Shown here one piece after another: positions 31,024-41,223 of a DNA stretch of 64,000 nucleotides (position 1 is its first letter; every line of letters begins with the position of its first letter). Under the pieces are notes generated by a model. The model saw only the letters and a program-made list of their open reading frames with translations, made no database searches and had not been told where the DNA came from. A program made the position numbers and the translations under genes. Location: the NCBI GenBank assembly GCA_044229145.1, contig JBGATO010000012.1, forward strand, positions 1 through 64,000, written 5' to 3'. Source of the DNA: Candidatus Eiseniibacteriota bacterium (lineage in GTDB: Bacteria > Eisenbacteria > RBG-16-71-46 > CAZEPH01).

Positions 31024-32670
31024 CTAGACCGTGGTGTGGGAGTGCGGCGTCTCGTCGGCCGACGATGAAGTGTCGTCGGGGTCGACCGATGCGGTGGGGG
31101 CCTCGTGATCGGGAATCGCGTCCTCCGCGCTCGCGGGCGGGTCAACGACGGGCGGTTCACTCGCTGGCGGCTCGGCGGCCGGTGCCTCGGCTGGCGCCAC
31201 CGCCGTCGCATCGATCGCGGCTGGCTCCGCGGCCTTCGCCGCCTCCAACTCTTCGCGCAACGCCACCAGCAACTCCGGCGGCGCGAACTCGCTCAGTTCC
31301 GCTTCGATCTCCTCGATGCACTCCGCCGCTTCCGCCCAGTGGCCGCCGCGCAACCGCGCGCGCGCCGACTTCACCAGCAACCGCACTTGGCCGTGCAGGT
31401 GCCGTTCGACATCGCTCGGCAGGAGGTGCGTGTCCTCGCTCAGGCGCCGCCGCGCCGCGGCCAAGTGGTGCAGCGCCCGCGTCGGATCGTCGCCCTGGTC
31501 GAAGAGGAAGTCGGCGTAGGCTTCGTGTGCTTCGCTCGGTGCGTGCGACTGCTGCGCGGCTTGGCGGAGGTAGAGGCCTTCGCTCTCGCGATCGCCGGCG
31601 GCGCGGGCGACGCGCGCGGCGACGGTGAGCAGGGCGGGAGATGCCTCGCCGGCGTCGGCCGCGAGATCTTGCAAGAGCTCGAAGGCGGCGGAGGTGTCGC
31701 CTTCGGCAGCCAAGACCTCCGCGAGGCGCAACTCGAGCCGTTCGTCGCGCTCGTCGCCTTCGCGATTGGCGTCGATGGCCGTCTCGAGGGCGAGCTTCGC
31801 CGCCGCGGGATCGCCGTGGTCGAGCAGCAACTCCGCCAGCGTCAGCACCGCCGAGCCGCGTTCGGGGAAGTGGCGCACCAGCGTCTCGAGCGCGGCACGC
31901 GCCTGCGGCAAACCGGCCTCGCGCAGCGCCTGCGCGTACATCTCGAGCACCAGCGGTTCGCCGGGATGCTCGCGGAGCGCGGCCTCGAGGCCGTCGAGCG
32001 CGTCGTGGATGCGGCCTTCGACGAGCGCGAGGTAGCCGGCGCCGAATTCGCGGCCGAGCGTGCGCGCGTGCTCGGCGTCTGCCAGGGGCAGGCGGGTGAG
32101 CGCGCGGGTGATGGCGGGATCGGTGAGTTCGTTGCGACGCGGCAGATTGGCGGTGACGTACGCCTCGTCGATGATCTGCGGACCCTCGGGCACCGGCGCC
32201 GGGGTGGGAGCCTCGGGTTCGGCGGCGCGCGGTGCGCGTTCCTCGCGATCCCGCCCGCGGCCGCGTCCGCCGCGACGGCGCGAGGCATCGCGCCGCGGGC
32301 CGCGCCGCCAGGTGCGCTCGATCTCGGCGAGCTCCTCGCGCACGGCGTCGGACGGCGCCAGCCGCAGTGCCTCGTCCATCTCGTAGCGCGCGGCGTTGTA
32401 GTCGCCGAACTCCTGGGCGAGCCGGGCACGCTGCGCCGTGGCGCGCGCGGCCTCCGCCTGGGCTTCCGCCAGGCGGGCGCGCAACGCACGGGCTTTCTCC
32501 GACTCCGGATTCCGCTTCTCGTGACGCTCTAGTGCTTTGGCGTAGAACTCCACCGCGTCGAGGGGGCGTCCCGCGGCCCGTGCCGCATCGCCCTTCCTCT
32601 CTTCACGCGCGGCCGTCCACGACCAGAAGAGACCGAACAACACTCCTCCCGCCCATGGCGTGAGTGCCAA
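31024..32670 (-). CDS. TPR-repeat protein with acidic low-complexity tail (start uncertain)
   Basis: Repeated A..A...G....A helical motifs, high GC3. Confidence 0.75.
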   Translation of the reverse strand: MALTPWAGGVLFGLFWSWTAAREERKGDAARAAGRPLDAVEFYAKALERHEKRNPESEKARALRARLAEAQAEAARATAQRARLAQEFGDYNAARYEMDEALRLAPSDAVREELAEIERTWRRGPRRDASRRRGGRGRGRDREERAPRAAEPEAPTPAPVPEGPQIIDEAYVTANLPRRNELTDPAITRALTRLPLADAEHARTLGREFGAGYLALVEGRIHDALDGLEAALREHPGEPLVLEMYAQALREAGLPQARAALETLVRHFPERGSAVLTLAELLLDHGDPAAAKLALETAIDANREGDERDERLELRLAEVLAAEGDTSAAFELLQDLAADAGEASPALLTVAARVARAAGDRESEGLYLRQAAQQSHAPSEAHEAYADFLFDQGDDPTRALHHLAAARRRLSEDTHLLPSDVERHLHGQVRLLVKSARARLRGGHWAEAAECIEEIEAELSEFAPPELLVALREELEAAKAAEPAAIDATAVAPAEAPAAEPPASEPPVVDPPASAEDAIPDHEAPTASVDPDDTSSSADETPHSHTTV

Positions 32671-32800
32671 CGTGTGACATTGTGTGCGCAGCTCCGTGAA
32701 GGGCGCGCAGGATCACTCAGACTGACGCAGAATGACACGCCGCGTGAAGGTTCGGCAAGCGGGGATTGCACTTACGCGCGGGAGTGGATCCCGGCCGGAC

Positions 32801-34270
32801 TCAGGCGGTGGCGGCGCCGTCCGGCTCGCGCTGGCCCTCCAGATCCTCGATCGGCACATGCGGAAAAGCCAGGCTGACCACGAACGCCAGTGCCACCAGG
32901 ACGGCGATCGCGACGAACACCTCGTGCAGGCTTCCCGCCAGCGCGTCGCCGATCCGCGCCAGGACCGCGGGAGCCACGTCGCGGCCGTGATCGGGCCCGA
33001 GCAGGCTGTCCACCGCGGACGCCGGCACGCCGGGCATCCGCGACAGCGTGCGGGCAATGACGCCGCCGAGCAGACCCACCGCGATCGTCCCGCCGATCGT
33101 CCGGAAGAACATCGTGCTGCCGGTGGCCACGCCGCGCTGCTTCCAGTCGACGCTCGCCTGCACCGCGATCAGGAGCCCGGTGTTGGCGAACCCCATGCCG
33201 ATGCCGAGCAGCCCCATGCAGAGCCGGACGCCGGTGAGCGAGCCGTCCGGCCGCAACTGCCACGCGAGTCCTGCCGCCGCCACGGCCGCCAGGAACATCC
33301 CGAGCCGCACGAAGCGCCGGAAGCCGAAGCGCGGCAGCAACCGCCCGCCCACCGCCGACGCGATCGGCCAGCCGATCGCCATCGGGCTGATCGTGGTGCC
33401 GGCGTCGGTCGGGGAGCCGCCGAGCACCGCCTGTACGTGCAGCGGAATGAAGGTCACCAGCGCCAGCATGCCGGCGCCGACGATCGCTCCGGCGGCGCTC
33501 GACGCCCACATGACGCGGAGGCGGAAGAGGTCAAGCGGCAGGAGCGGCTCGTCGGCTCGCGTTTCGACCCAGAGGAACGCGGCGACCAGCGCCGCCACCG
33601 CCACCAGCACGAGAGGCGACGCTTGCGCCCCGCGCGTCTCGCCGAGCAGCAGCACGATCGCGGCGGTAAGCAGCGCAGCTCCGAGCCAGTCCAGCCGGTG
33701 CGCCGTCTTGTGCACCGTTTCGTGATAGCCGGCCACCAGGATCGCCGCCGACAGCAGGCCGAACGGCAAATTGACGTAGAACACCCAGCGCCACGACAGG
33801 TACTTCACGATCAGGCCGCCGGCGAGCGGCCCGATCATGCCGGCCACCGCCCACACCGCACCGAACACACCCTGCATCTTCGCCCGCTGCTCGATGGTGA
33901 ACAGGTCGCCGACGATGGTGAGCGTCATCGGCTGCACCGCGCCGGCGCCGAGGCCCTGGATCGCGCGGAACACGATGAGCTGCGTCATGGTCTGCGCTTG
34001 GCCGCAGAGCGTCGAGCCGAGCAGGAACACGAACAGCCCGCCGAGCATCACCGGCTTGCGGCCGTAGAGGTCGCCGAGCTTGCTGGCGATCGGCACCGTC
34101 ACGGTGACCAGCAGCGTGTATGCGGCGAACACCCACGCGTAGAGATGGACGCCGCCGAGATCGCCGATCGCGGTGGGCATGGCGGTGGAGACCACGGTCA
34201 TCTCCATCGCGGCGAGGAAGAGCCCGAGGATGAGACCGGTGACGGTCATGGCGCGGTGCGTCTGGGACAT
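32801..34270 (-). CDS. MFS multidrug transporter (DHA2/EmrB-QacA-like)
   Basis: KLGDLYGRK motif A, RAIQGLG, WRWVFYVNLP. Confidence 0.92.
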   Translation of the reverse strand: MSQTHRAMTVTGLILGLFLAAMEMTVVSTAMPTAIGDLGGVHLYAWVFAAYTLLVTVTVPIASKLGDLYGRKPVMLGGLFVFLLGSTLCGQAQTMTQLIVFRAIQGLGAGAVQPMTLTIVGDLFTIEQRAKMQGVFGAVWAVAGMIGPLAGGLIVKYLSWRWVFYVNLPFGLLSAAILVAGYHETVHKTAHRLDWLGAALLTAAIVLLLGETRGAQASPLVLVAVAALVAAFLWVETRADEPLLPLDLFRLRVMWASSAAGAIVGAGMLALVTFIPLHVQAVLGGSPTDAGTTISPMAIGWPIASAVGGRLLPRFGFRRFVRLGMFLAAVAAAGLAWQLRPDGSLTGVRLCMGLLGIGMGFANTGLLIAVQASVDWKQRGVATGSTMFFRTIGGTIAVGLLGGVIARTLSRMPGVPASAVDSLLGPDHGRDVAPAVLARIGDALAGSLHEVFVAIAVLVALAFVVSLAFPHVPIEDLEGQREPDGAATA

Positions 34271-34357
34271 CGAGGGAGTACACCACGCGCCCGCCCGCCG
34301 CGTCCACTCGGGGCGCGGTCCGGGAGATGCCGCGCCGGCTGTGGTAGGCTCCGCCGC

Positions 34358-35386
34358 ATGCTGATCCTCGGAATCGAAACCTCGTGCGACGACACCGGTG
34401 CCGCGGTTCTCCGCGTCGATGGCGTCCACCGCAGCGTGCTGTCGAGCATCCTGTCGAGTCAGGTCGTGCATCAGGAATACGGCGGCGTGGTGCCGGAGCT
34501 GGCCAGCCGCGCGCACCTCACGGCGCTCGCCCCGATGGTACGGCGCGCGCTCGACGCCGCCGGCGTGACGCTGGCCGATCTCGACGCGGTGGCGGCGACG
34601 TTCATGCCGGGGTTGGTCGGATCGCTGCTGGTCGGGCTGACGTTCGCCAAGTCGGTGGCGTGGTCGCGCGGCATTCCGTTCGTCGGCGTGAATCACATCG
34701 AGGCGCACTTGCTGGCGGTCTGCCTCGAAGTGCCGGAGTTGCAGCCGCCGTTCCTCGGGCTGGTGGTCAGCGGCGGCCACACCGAGTTCATCCTGGTCGA
34801 GGAGTGGGGCCGCTACCGGATGCTTGGCTCGACGCTCGACGACGCGGCGGGCGAGGCGTTCGACAAGGTGGGGCAGTTGCTCGGGCTGCCGTATCCGGGC
34901 GGGCCGGCCATCGACAAGACGGCGCGCGAGGGCGGCGACCCGCACGCCTTCAAGTTCCCGCGCGGCCTGCGGCACCGCGACGATTGCGACGTGTCGTTCA
35001 GCGGTCTCAAGACGGCGGTGCGGCTCACCGTCGAAAAGCTCGGGCCGGAGGAGTCGCAACGGCGCGTCGCCGACCTCGCGGCGTCGTTCCAGGAAGCGGT
35101 GGTCGCGAGCCTGGAGGACAAATTCGCCTGGGCGCTCCGCCACACCGGCGCCCGGCACGCCGTGCTGGCCGGCGGCGTGGCGGCCAACTCCGCCCTGCGC
35201 AACCGGTTGACCGCGCGCGCCGAAGCCGAGGGCGCCACCTTGCACCTCACGCCGATGCGCTTGTGCACCGATAACGCCGCCATGATCGCGTGGGCCGGAG
35301 CGGTCAAATTGCAACACGGCGTCCGGTCGCCGCTCGATCTCGCAGCAGTTCCCGCCTTCGAGGCCGTGCCACTGAGCTGGCGCTAG
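34358..35386 (+). CDS. tsaD: tRNA N6-threonylcarbamoyladenosine synthesis protein TsaD
   Basis: LGIETSCDDT, GGVVPELASRAH, HIEAH, SGGHT, DDAAGEAFDK, TDNAAMI. Confidence 0.97.
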   Translation: MLILGIETSCDDTGAAVLRVDGVHRSVLSSILSSQVVHQEYGGVVPELASRAHLTALAPMVRRALDAAGVTLADLDAVAATFMPGLVGSLLVGLTFAKSVAWSRGIPFVGVNHIEAHLLAVCLEVPELQPPFLGLVVSGGHTEFILVEEWGRYRMLGSTLDDAAGEAFDKVGQLLGLPYPGGPAIDKTAREGGDPHAFKFPRGLRHRDDCDVSFSGLKTAVRLTVEKLGPEESQRRVADLAASFQEAVVASLEDKFAWALRHTGARHAVLAGGVAANSALRNRLTARAEAEGATLHLTPMRLCTDNAAMIAWAGAVKLQHGVRSPLDLAAVPAFEAVPLSWR

Positions 35387-35576
35387 ACGCGCGGAACTGC
35401 GCAACCGCACCAGGCCCCGCCGATTCTCGTGACCCCAAGCTGGGGTCGCCTCTCTCCCGCGCCGATAGAACTTCGCGTGATCGCCACGACGGGGCGGTCG
35501 CCCGATTCACCGGCTCCCCGCGCCGCGACGGACAACTCGAGGGACGCCGGATGCACCCTGCGAAGGAGAGACGCTC

Positions 35577-36569
35577 GTGACTGCCTCCAAGGTGCTCGTC
35601 ATCGACGACGAGCCGACCATCCGCCACGTCCTCAAGCTCCAACTCGAATCGGCGGGATACGAGGTCGAAACCGAAGAGAACGGCGCCGCCGGCTTGGCGC
35701 GCGCCGGCTTGCTGATGCCCGATCTCATTCTGCTCGACGTGATGATGCCGGAGATGGATGGCTTCCAGGTCTGCCGCGCCATCCGCCGGTCGCAGCGCAC
35801 GCTGCACATTCCGGTCATCATGCTCACCGCCAAGACGGAGAGCGAGGACAAGGTGCGCGGTCTCGAGGCGGGCGCCAACGACTACCTCGAAAAGCCGTTC
35901 GCCTACCAGGAATTGCTCGCGCGCGTGCGCGGCGTGCTGGCATGGAGCCGTGCGCAGCGCGACGCCAGCCCGCTCACCGGCCTGCCGGGCAACATGTCCA
36001 TCGAAGCGGTAACGACGCAGCGCCTGCAATCGGGCAAGCCGTTCGCCCTGATGTACATGGACATCGACCAGTTCAAGGCCTACAACGACAGATACGGCTA
36101 CGGGCGCGGCGACGACGCGATCCGGCTGCTTGCGGATCTGCTCATCGCGACCACCGAGAGCGTCGGTTCGCGCGATGACTTCGTCGGCCACATCGGCGGC
36201 GACGACTTCGTGCTGGTGTGCGACGCGGACCACGGCGACGCGGTGAGCCAGGAGCTCATTCGCCGCTTCGACGCCGCGGTGCCGGCGCTCTACACCGCCG
36301 AGGACCGCGAGCGCGGCTACGTCGAGTACATCAACCGTCAGGGCGCGCACGAGAAGGCGCGTCTCATGTCGCTCACCGTGGCGATGGTGATGTCGGGCGA
36401 CGGCGAATTCACGCACTACGCGCAGTTGATCGACGTGGTGGCGCAGCTCAAGTCGTACGGCAAGAAGAAGGTCGGCTCGGTGGTGGTGCGCGAGCGCCGC
36501 GGCGACGGACGCGCGGTGCAGGAAGTCGCGTTCCAGGGCCCGAGCGGCGAAGCGGAGGTGGCGGCCTAG
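35577..36569 (+). CDS. Response regulator with GGDEF-type (GGDDF) output domain
   Basis: REC (IDDE, LDVMMP, TAK, KPF) plus PLTGLPGN, DIDQFKAYND, HIGGDDF. Confidence 0.92.
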   Translation: MTASKVLVIDDEPTIRHVLKLQLESAGYEVETEENGAAGLARAGLLMPDLILLDVMMPEMDGFQVCRAIRRSQRTLHIPVIMLTAKTESEDKVRGLEAGANDYLEKPFAYQELLARVRGVLAWSRAQRDASPLTGLPGNMSIEAVTTQRLQSGKPFALMYMDIDQFKAYNDRYGYGRGDDAIRLLADLLIATTESVGSRDDFVGHIGGDDFVLVCDADHGDAVSQELIRRFDAAVPALYTAEDRERGYVEYINRQGAHEKARLMSLTVAMVMSGDGEFTHYAQLIDVVAQLKSYGKKKVGSVVVRERRGDGRAVQEVAFQGPSGEAEVAA

Positions 36570-36571
36570 CC

Positions 36572-36988
36572 ATGCCCGCCCTGCGCGTCCTCGTCATCGA
36601 CGACGAGCCGTTCATTCGGCAGATCTTGGAGTTCGGCCTCAAGGCCGAAGGGTTCGAGGTGCTGACTGCCTGCGACGGCGCCGACGGCTTGGCCGCCGCG
36701 CGCCGCGAGCGTCCGGACTGCGTCGTGTGCGACATCATGATGCCGGAAGTCGATGGCTACTCAGTGTGCCGCGAGTTGAAGGGCGACGCCGACACCCGCG
36801 GGATTCCGGTGGTCCTGCTGTCCGCCAAGGGCAGCCCGGCCGACATCGAATCGGGCTTCGCCGCCGGGTGCGACGACTACGTCACGAAGCCGTTTTCGCC
36901 GCGCAAGCTCACCGACTTGCTGCGCGGGTTGTTGGTGCAGGTGCCCGGCGACGGGCACGGCGACGCGGCCGGCGCCACCGCCGCCTAG
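36572..36988 (+). CDS. Single-domain response regulator
   Basis: IDDEP, CDIMMP, SAK, KPFS. Confidence 0.92.
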   Translation: MPALRVLVIDDEPFIRQILEFGLKAEGFEVLTACDGADGLAAARRERPDCVVCDIMMPEVDGYSVCRELKGDADTRGIPVVLLSAKGSPADIESGFAAGCDDYVTKPFSPRKLTDLLRGLLVQVPGDGHGDAAGATAA

Positions 36989-37036
36989 AGCTCCCCGCCC
37001 GAGGATTCCTTGCCCGCGCCGCCCGGCGCGGCTAGC

Positions 37037-38242
37037 ATGACCCCGGCTCATCGCCTTTCGCGCGAGGACGGGGACGTGGCGCACTTCGACGACGATCAAG
37101 ATTCGGCGGTCCTGCGGCCGCGCCGGCGGCGCGGCGGGCGGCGGCGTTCCTCGTCGTCTCCCGCGGATGATCCGCCGATGATGCCGCCACTGCGCGTAGC
37201 CGCCGCAGCGGGCGGATTCTCGCTAGGCCGCTGGGTGCTGATCGCCGCGCTACTCGGCGTGGCCTACCAAGCCCGCGACGTCCTGGTGCTGCTCGTCATC
37301 GCGTTGCTGTTCGCGCACGCGGTGGCGCCGGTGGTGGATGGTCTCGCTTCGGTGCGCGTGGCCGGCCGGCCATTTCCGCGCTCGGTGGCAGCCGGGCTCG
37401 TCTTGTTGGCGGCGCTCGCGGCCCTCGGCTGGTTCGTGTCGACGCTGGTGCCGGTCTTGCTCGCCGACTTTTCGCAGTTGCTCCAGCGCGCCCCGGCGTA
37501 CTTGAAGACCACGCAAGCATTCCTCCAGCAACTCCGCGTGCGCGGCGAAGGATTGTCGTTGCCCGAGAGTTGGTGGGCGGCGCTGGATGCGGCGATCAGC
37601 GGCGAAGTGGCCAAGCTGGCGAGTGGATTCGGGCGCGGCGCGGTGTCCGTGCTCTCGCACGTGGTGCAGATCCTCGGGCTGGTGGTCATTCCGATCCTAT
37701 CGTTCCATTTGCTGCGCGACGGTCCGCGCTTCACCGCGTGGATCGTGACGTTGGTGCCCTCGCATCGCCGGCTCGCGGTGCGCGGCCTGGTGCACGACAT
37801 CGACCGCGCACTGGCGGCGTATGTGCGCGGCCAGACGTTGGTGTGCGTCACCATGGGCGTGTCGGTCGGCGTGGCGCTGGCGCTCATCGGCTTCCCGTAC
37901 GCGCCGCTGCTCGGCACGTTCGCGGGACTGGCCGAGGCGGTGCCGTACATCGGCGCGCTGGCGATGGAAGTGTTGCTGGCGATTCTCGGATTGTCGGTCT
38001 CGCCGACCTACGCGTTGCTCGGCCCCGGCGTGTACTTCGTGCTCAATCAGGCGCTGGGCATGTTGGTGACGCCGCAATTGATGAGCCGGCGCCTCGACTT
38101 GCACCCGATGGCGGTCATCCTCGCGGTGTTCGTCGGCGGCAGCGTCGGCGGGTTCGTGGGGATGGTTCTGGCGCTGCCGGGCGCGGCCATCGCGAAGGTG
38201 TTGCTCGACCGCTGGCGCGCGCACGCTGACGCGGCCCGCTGA
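37037..38242 (+). CDS. AI-2E family transporter (start uncertain)
   Basis: YVRGQ, PYIG, LDLHP, G..GMVLALP. Confidence 0.88.
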   Translation: MTPAHRLSREDGDVAHFDDDQDSAVLRPRRRRGGRRRSSSSPADDPPMMPPLRVAAAAGGFSLGRWVLIAALLGVAYQARDVLVLLVIALLFAHAVAPVVDGLASVRVAGRPFPRSVAAGLVLLAALAALGWFVSTLVPVLLADFSQLLQRAPAYLKTTQAFLQQLRVRGEGLSLPESWWAALDAAISGEVAKLASGFGRGAVSVLSHVVQILGLVVIPILSFHLLRDGPRFTAWIVTLVPSHRRLAVRGLVHDIDRALAAYVRGQTLVCVTMGVSVGVALALIGFPYAPLLGTFAGLAEAVPYIGALAMEVLLAILGLSVSPTYALLGPGVYFVLNQALGMLVTPQLMSRRLDLHPMAVILAVFVGGSVGGFVGMVLALPGAAIAKVLLDRWRAHADAAR

Positions 38243-38369
38243 CATCCGCCGCCGCGTCGGCTAGACTGCCGCCTCCGCCTGCGCGGCGGGCCAGGCTGCG
38301 ACGCGTCGCCGTCGCCCCTCACTCACTTCGACCGGCGATCGCCCCGTGCGGCGCGCCCGGAGGATTCGC

Positions 38370-38924
38370 ATGATTCGCCCCGACCGCTGGATCCGCGAGA
38401 TGTCGCTGAAGCACGGCATGATCGAGCCGTTCGCGGAAGGCCAGGTGCGCCCCGGCGTGATCTCGTACGGTGTGTCGTCGTACGGCTACGACATCCGCGT
38501 CGCCGACGAGTTCAAGATCTTCACCAACGTCAACTCGTCGATCGTCGACCCCAAGAACTTCGATCCGGCGTCGATGGTGGATTACAAGGGCGACGTCTGC
38601 ATCGTGCCGCCGAACTCGTTCGCGCTGGCTCGCACTATTGAATACTTTAGAATTCCGCGCAATGTACTAACTATTTGTCTCGGAAAAAGCACCTATGCGC
38701 GCTGCGGCATCATCCTCAACGTGACGCCGTTCGAGCCGGAATGGGAAGGCTACGTGACGCTCGAGATCAGCAACACGACGCCGCTGCCGGCGCGCATCTA
38801 CGCGAATGAAGGTATCGCGCAGGTGTTGTTCTTCGAGAGCGACGAGGCGTGCGAGACGTCGTACGCGGACAAGAAGGGCAAGTATCAATCGCAGGGCGGC
38901 ATCGTCCTGCCCAAGGTTCTCTAG
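38370..38924 (+). CDS. dcd: dCTP deaminase
   Basis: [37 protein letters not shown]. Confidence 0.97.
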   Translation: MIRPDRWIREMSLKHGMIEPFAEGQVRPGVISYGVSSYGYDIRVADEFKIFTNVNSSIVDPKNFDPASMVDYKGDVCIVPPNSFALARTIEYFRIPRNVLTICLGKSTYARCGIILNVTPFEPEWEGYVTLEISNTTPLPARIYANEGIAQVLFFESDEACETSYADKKGKYQSQGGIVLPKVL

Positions 38925-38952
38925 CGGCGCACGCGCGTCAGGAGGTTCGGCA

Positions 38953-39642
38953 ATGCTCACCGTTCGCTGGCTCGGTCACGCGGCGTTTTCCGTCACCGAC
39001 GGCACGCACACCGTGCTGATCGATCCGTTTCTCACCGGCAATCCGAAGGCGGCGGCGAAGGCCGAGGAGGTCGCGGCCGACGCGATCCTCGTCTCGCACG
39101 GCCACGACGATCACATCGGCGACACCGTCGCCATCGCCCAGCGCACCGGCGCGCAGGTGGTCGCGACCTACGAACTGGCGATGTACTGCAGCCGCAAGGG
39201 CGCGCCCTCGGTGCACGCGATGAACGCCGGCGGCGCGTACGAGTTCCCGTGGGGTCGCGTGAAGTTGGTGCAGGCGGTGCACTCGAGCGGTGCGGAAGGC
39301 GGCACCGTGTACACCGGCAACGCCACCGGCATTCTGCTCACCATGTCGGGCAAGACGGTCTACCACTCGGGCGACACCGCGCTGTTCAGCGACATGGACT
39401 TGATCGGCTCGTACAACGACATCGACGTCGCGCTGCTGGCGATCGGCGACAACTACACGATGGGCGTGCACGACGCCGGACTTGCCGCGCGCATGCTGCA
39501 TGCTGGCCACGTCATCCCGATGCACTTCGACACCTTTGACGTGATCCACGCCGATGCCGAGGAGTTCAAGCGCGACGTCGAAGCGGCGAGCGGGTCGCTG
39601 TGCACGATCCTGCAGCCGGGCGATGAACTCACCGTGCAGTAG
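38953..39642 (+). CDS. Metallo-beta-lactamase fold hydrolase (UPF0173)
   Basis: WLGHA, IDPF, SHGHDDH, YHSGDT, IPMH. Confidence 0.92.
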   Translation: MLTVRWLGHAAFSVTDGTHTVLIDPFLTGNPKAAAKAEEVAADAILVSHGHDDHIGDTVAIAQRTGAQVVATYELAMYCSRKGAPSVHAMNAGGAYEFPWGRVKLVQAVHSSGAEGGTVYTGNATGILLTMSGKTVYHSGDTALFSDMDLIGSYNDIDVALLAIGDNYTMGVHDAGLAARMLHAGHVIPMHFDTFDVIHADAEEFKRDVEAASGSLCTILQPGDELTVQ

Positions 39643-39666
39643 CGCGGCACATCGCGGGATGCGACG

Positions 39667-39698
39667 ACGGCGCGCCTCCGCGAGGGGGCGCGCCGTTT
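39667..39698. terminator. Hairpin between convergent genes
   Basis: ACGGCGCGCCTCC-GCGA-GGGGGCGCGCCGT-TT. Confidence 0.7.
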
Positions 39699-39717
39699 CG
39701 CGTGTGTCGCGGCGGTT

Positions 39718-41007
39718 CTACGCTTCGAGCGGATGCAGCACCAAGCCGGTGGGCACCTTCGGCGTGAACCACGTCGACTTCTGCGGCATCACGTCGCCGG
39801 CCTCGGCGATCCGGGCGATGGTGTGCACCTCCACCGCGTGCAGCACGAAGCCGAGTTGCGCGTCGCCGCGGGCGACGAGGGCGAGCGTCTCGGCCGGATC
39901 GTGGTGGAAGGTGACGAAGCCGCCGGCACGGATCGCCTCGTCGTCCAAGCCGAGTTCGGCACCGAAGATCTCGCGTTCGAGCACGCGGGTGTCGAGCGCC
40001 TCGCGCATCGACGGCGCTTCCTCGCGGCCGTTGCGCGATTCGAGCAGGTACAGGCCGGCGCCGCCGACGGCGCAGAGGAAACGCGCCCGCGTGCGGCTGG
40101 TGGCCGTGTGCGTGCGCAGCGCCGCCTCGCGCGCCGCCGCGTCCTCGACATCGCCGAGTCGCGTGAGGGCGAAGTCGCGCAGCAGCGACGCCACGAACAC
40201 CTGCGGCTCGAACGCCGGCAGGTTGCGCACCGCGCGGTGGTAGCCGAGGCACGCCAGCCCGGGATCTTCCATCCGCGCGAGATACATCATCGCGTGGTTC
40301 ATCGGATGTTCGCCGTGCGCACCGGATTCCTGGGCGAAGGTGAGCGCGGTCTCGTAGCGGTGGTGCCCATCGGCGATGAGGATGGCGCGCGGGCGCAGGA
40401 TCTCGGCGAGCGTCTCGCACGCGGTCGGATCGTCGACGATCCACAGCAGATGCTCGGCGTCCGCAGTGCGGGCGCGCGCGGTCGCGGCGCCGGCGGTCGC
40501 CGCGTTCAACGCGGCGAGCAGGGCCTCATCGCCGTCTTCCACCAGGCCGAACACGCTGCTGGTGTTGGTGTGGGTGGCGCGGAGCATGTGGAGCCGGTCG
40601 AGCTTCGGACCGGAGAGCGTCTTCTCGTGCCGCAGCACCGGCCCGATGCCGGGCTCCGCCGGCGCGTCGAGCGGCCGCAACTGCACGCGCGCGGTCAGCC
40701 CGAGGCGTTCGCGCGGCTGTCCGTCGAGCGTGAAGCGCGTCCGCGTGACGTAGAACGACGGCACATCGTCGCGCACCAGCACGCCGGCCTCGCGCCAACC
40801 GCGCAGCGTCGCGGCCGCCACTTCGTAGCGCTGCGTGAGGTCCGGCAGCCCGAGTTCGACCCGCACGATGTTCGACTCGTGCGCCGCCAGCAGCCGCTGC
40901 TCCTCGACGGGCGAGATGGCGTCGTACGGCGGTGCGATCAGGATGCCGAGATCGTCGGCGACGGACGACGCGTAACGCAGTCCACGGAACGGGCGAACCA
41001 GTGCCAT
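39718..41007 (-). CDS. DUF1015 family protein
   Basis: RPFRGLRY, APPYD, RHEKT, IADGHHRYETA, MPQKSTWF.PK. Confidence 0.92.
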   Translation of the reverse strand: MALVRPFRGLRYASSVADDLGILIAPPYDAISPVEEQRLLAAHESNIVRVELGLPDLTQRYEVAAATLRGWREAGVLVRDDVPSFYVTRTRFTLDGQPRERLGLTARVQLRPLDAPAEPGIGPVLRHEKTLSGPKLDRLHMLRATHTNTSSVFGLVEDGDEALLAALNAATAGAATARARTADAEHLLWIVDDPTACETLAEILRPRAILIADGHHRYETALTFAQESGAHGEHPMNHAMMYLARMEDPGLACLGYHRAVRNLPAFEPQVFVASLLRDFALTRLGDVEDAAAREAALRTHTATSRTRARFLCAVGGAGLYLLESRNGREEAPSMREALDTRVLEREIFGAELGLDDEAIRAGGFVTFHHDPAETLALVARGDAQLGFVLHAVEVHTIARIAEAGDVMPQKSTWFTPKVPTGLVLHPLEA

Positions 41008-41223
41008 CGGGAAACTCCTCCTGCGCGACGCCGCACGGTGCGGCATCGCATGCGAGCGCGCACCGTAGCAGCGCGGCCGGGGCGCCGCCCAGATCCGCGC
41101 CCCGTGGCCACAAGGCGAGCGTGGCATGCGCCGAACGGGGACCGCGGTCCGCACTCGTCGTGCGCAGGCGTGCAGGCCGCCTGGCTTGCATCGGCGCCGC
41201 CCGGGCGGTATGGTCGACCGTCC

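Noticed and set aside
32732..35410. Apparent 884-aa and 869-aa fusions containing TsaD or MFS
   Set aside because: Stop-free upstream extensions through the divergent neighbour; real starts are 34358 and 34270
38652..38679. dif-like site inside dcd (ATTCCGCGCAA-TGTACT-...)
   Set aside because: Left arm and spacer resemble XerC arm but the conserved XerD arm TTATGTTAAAT is absent
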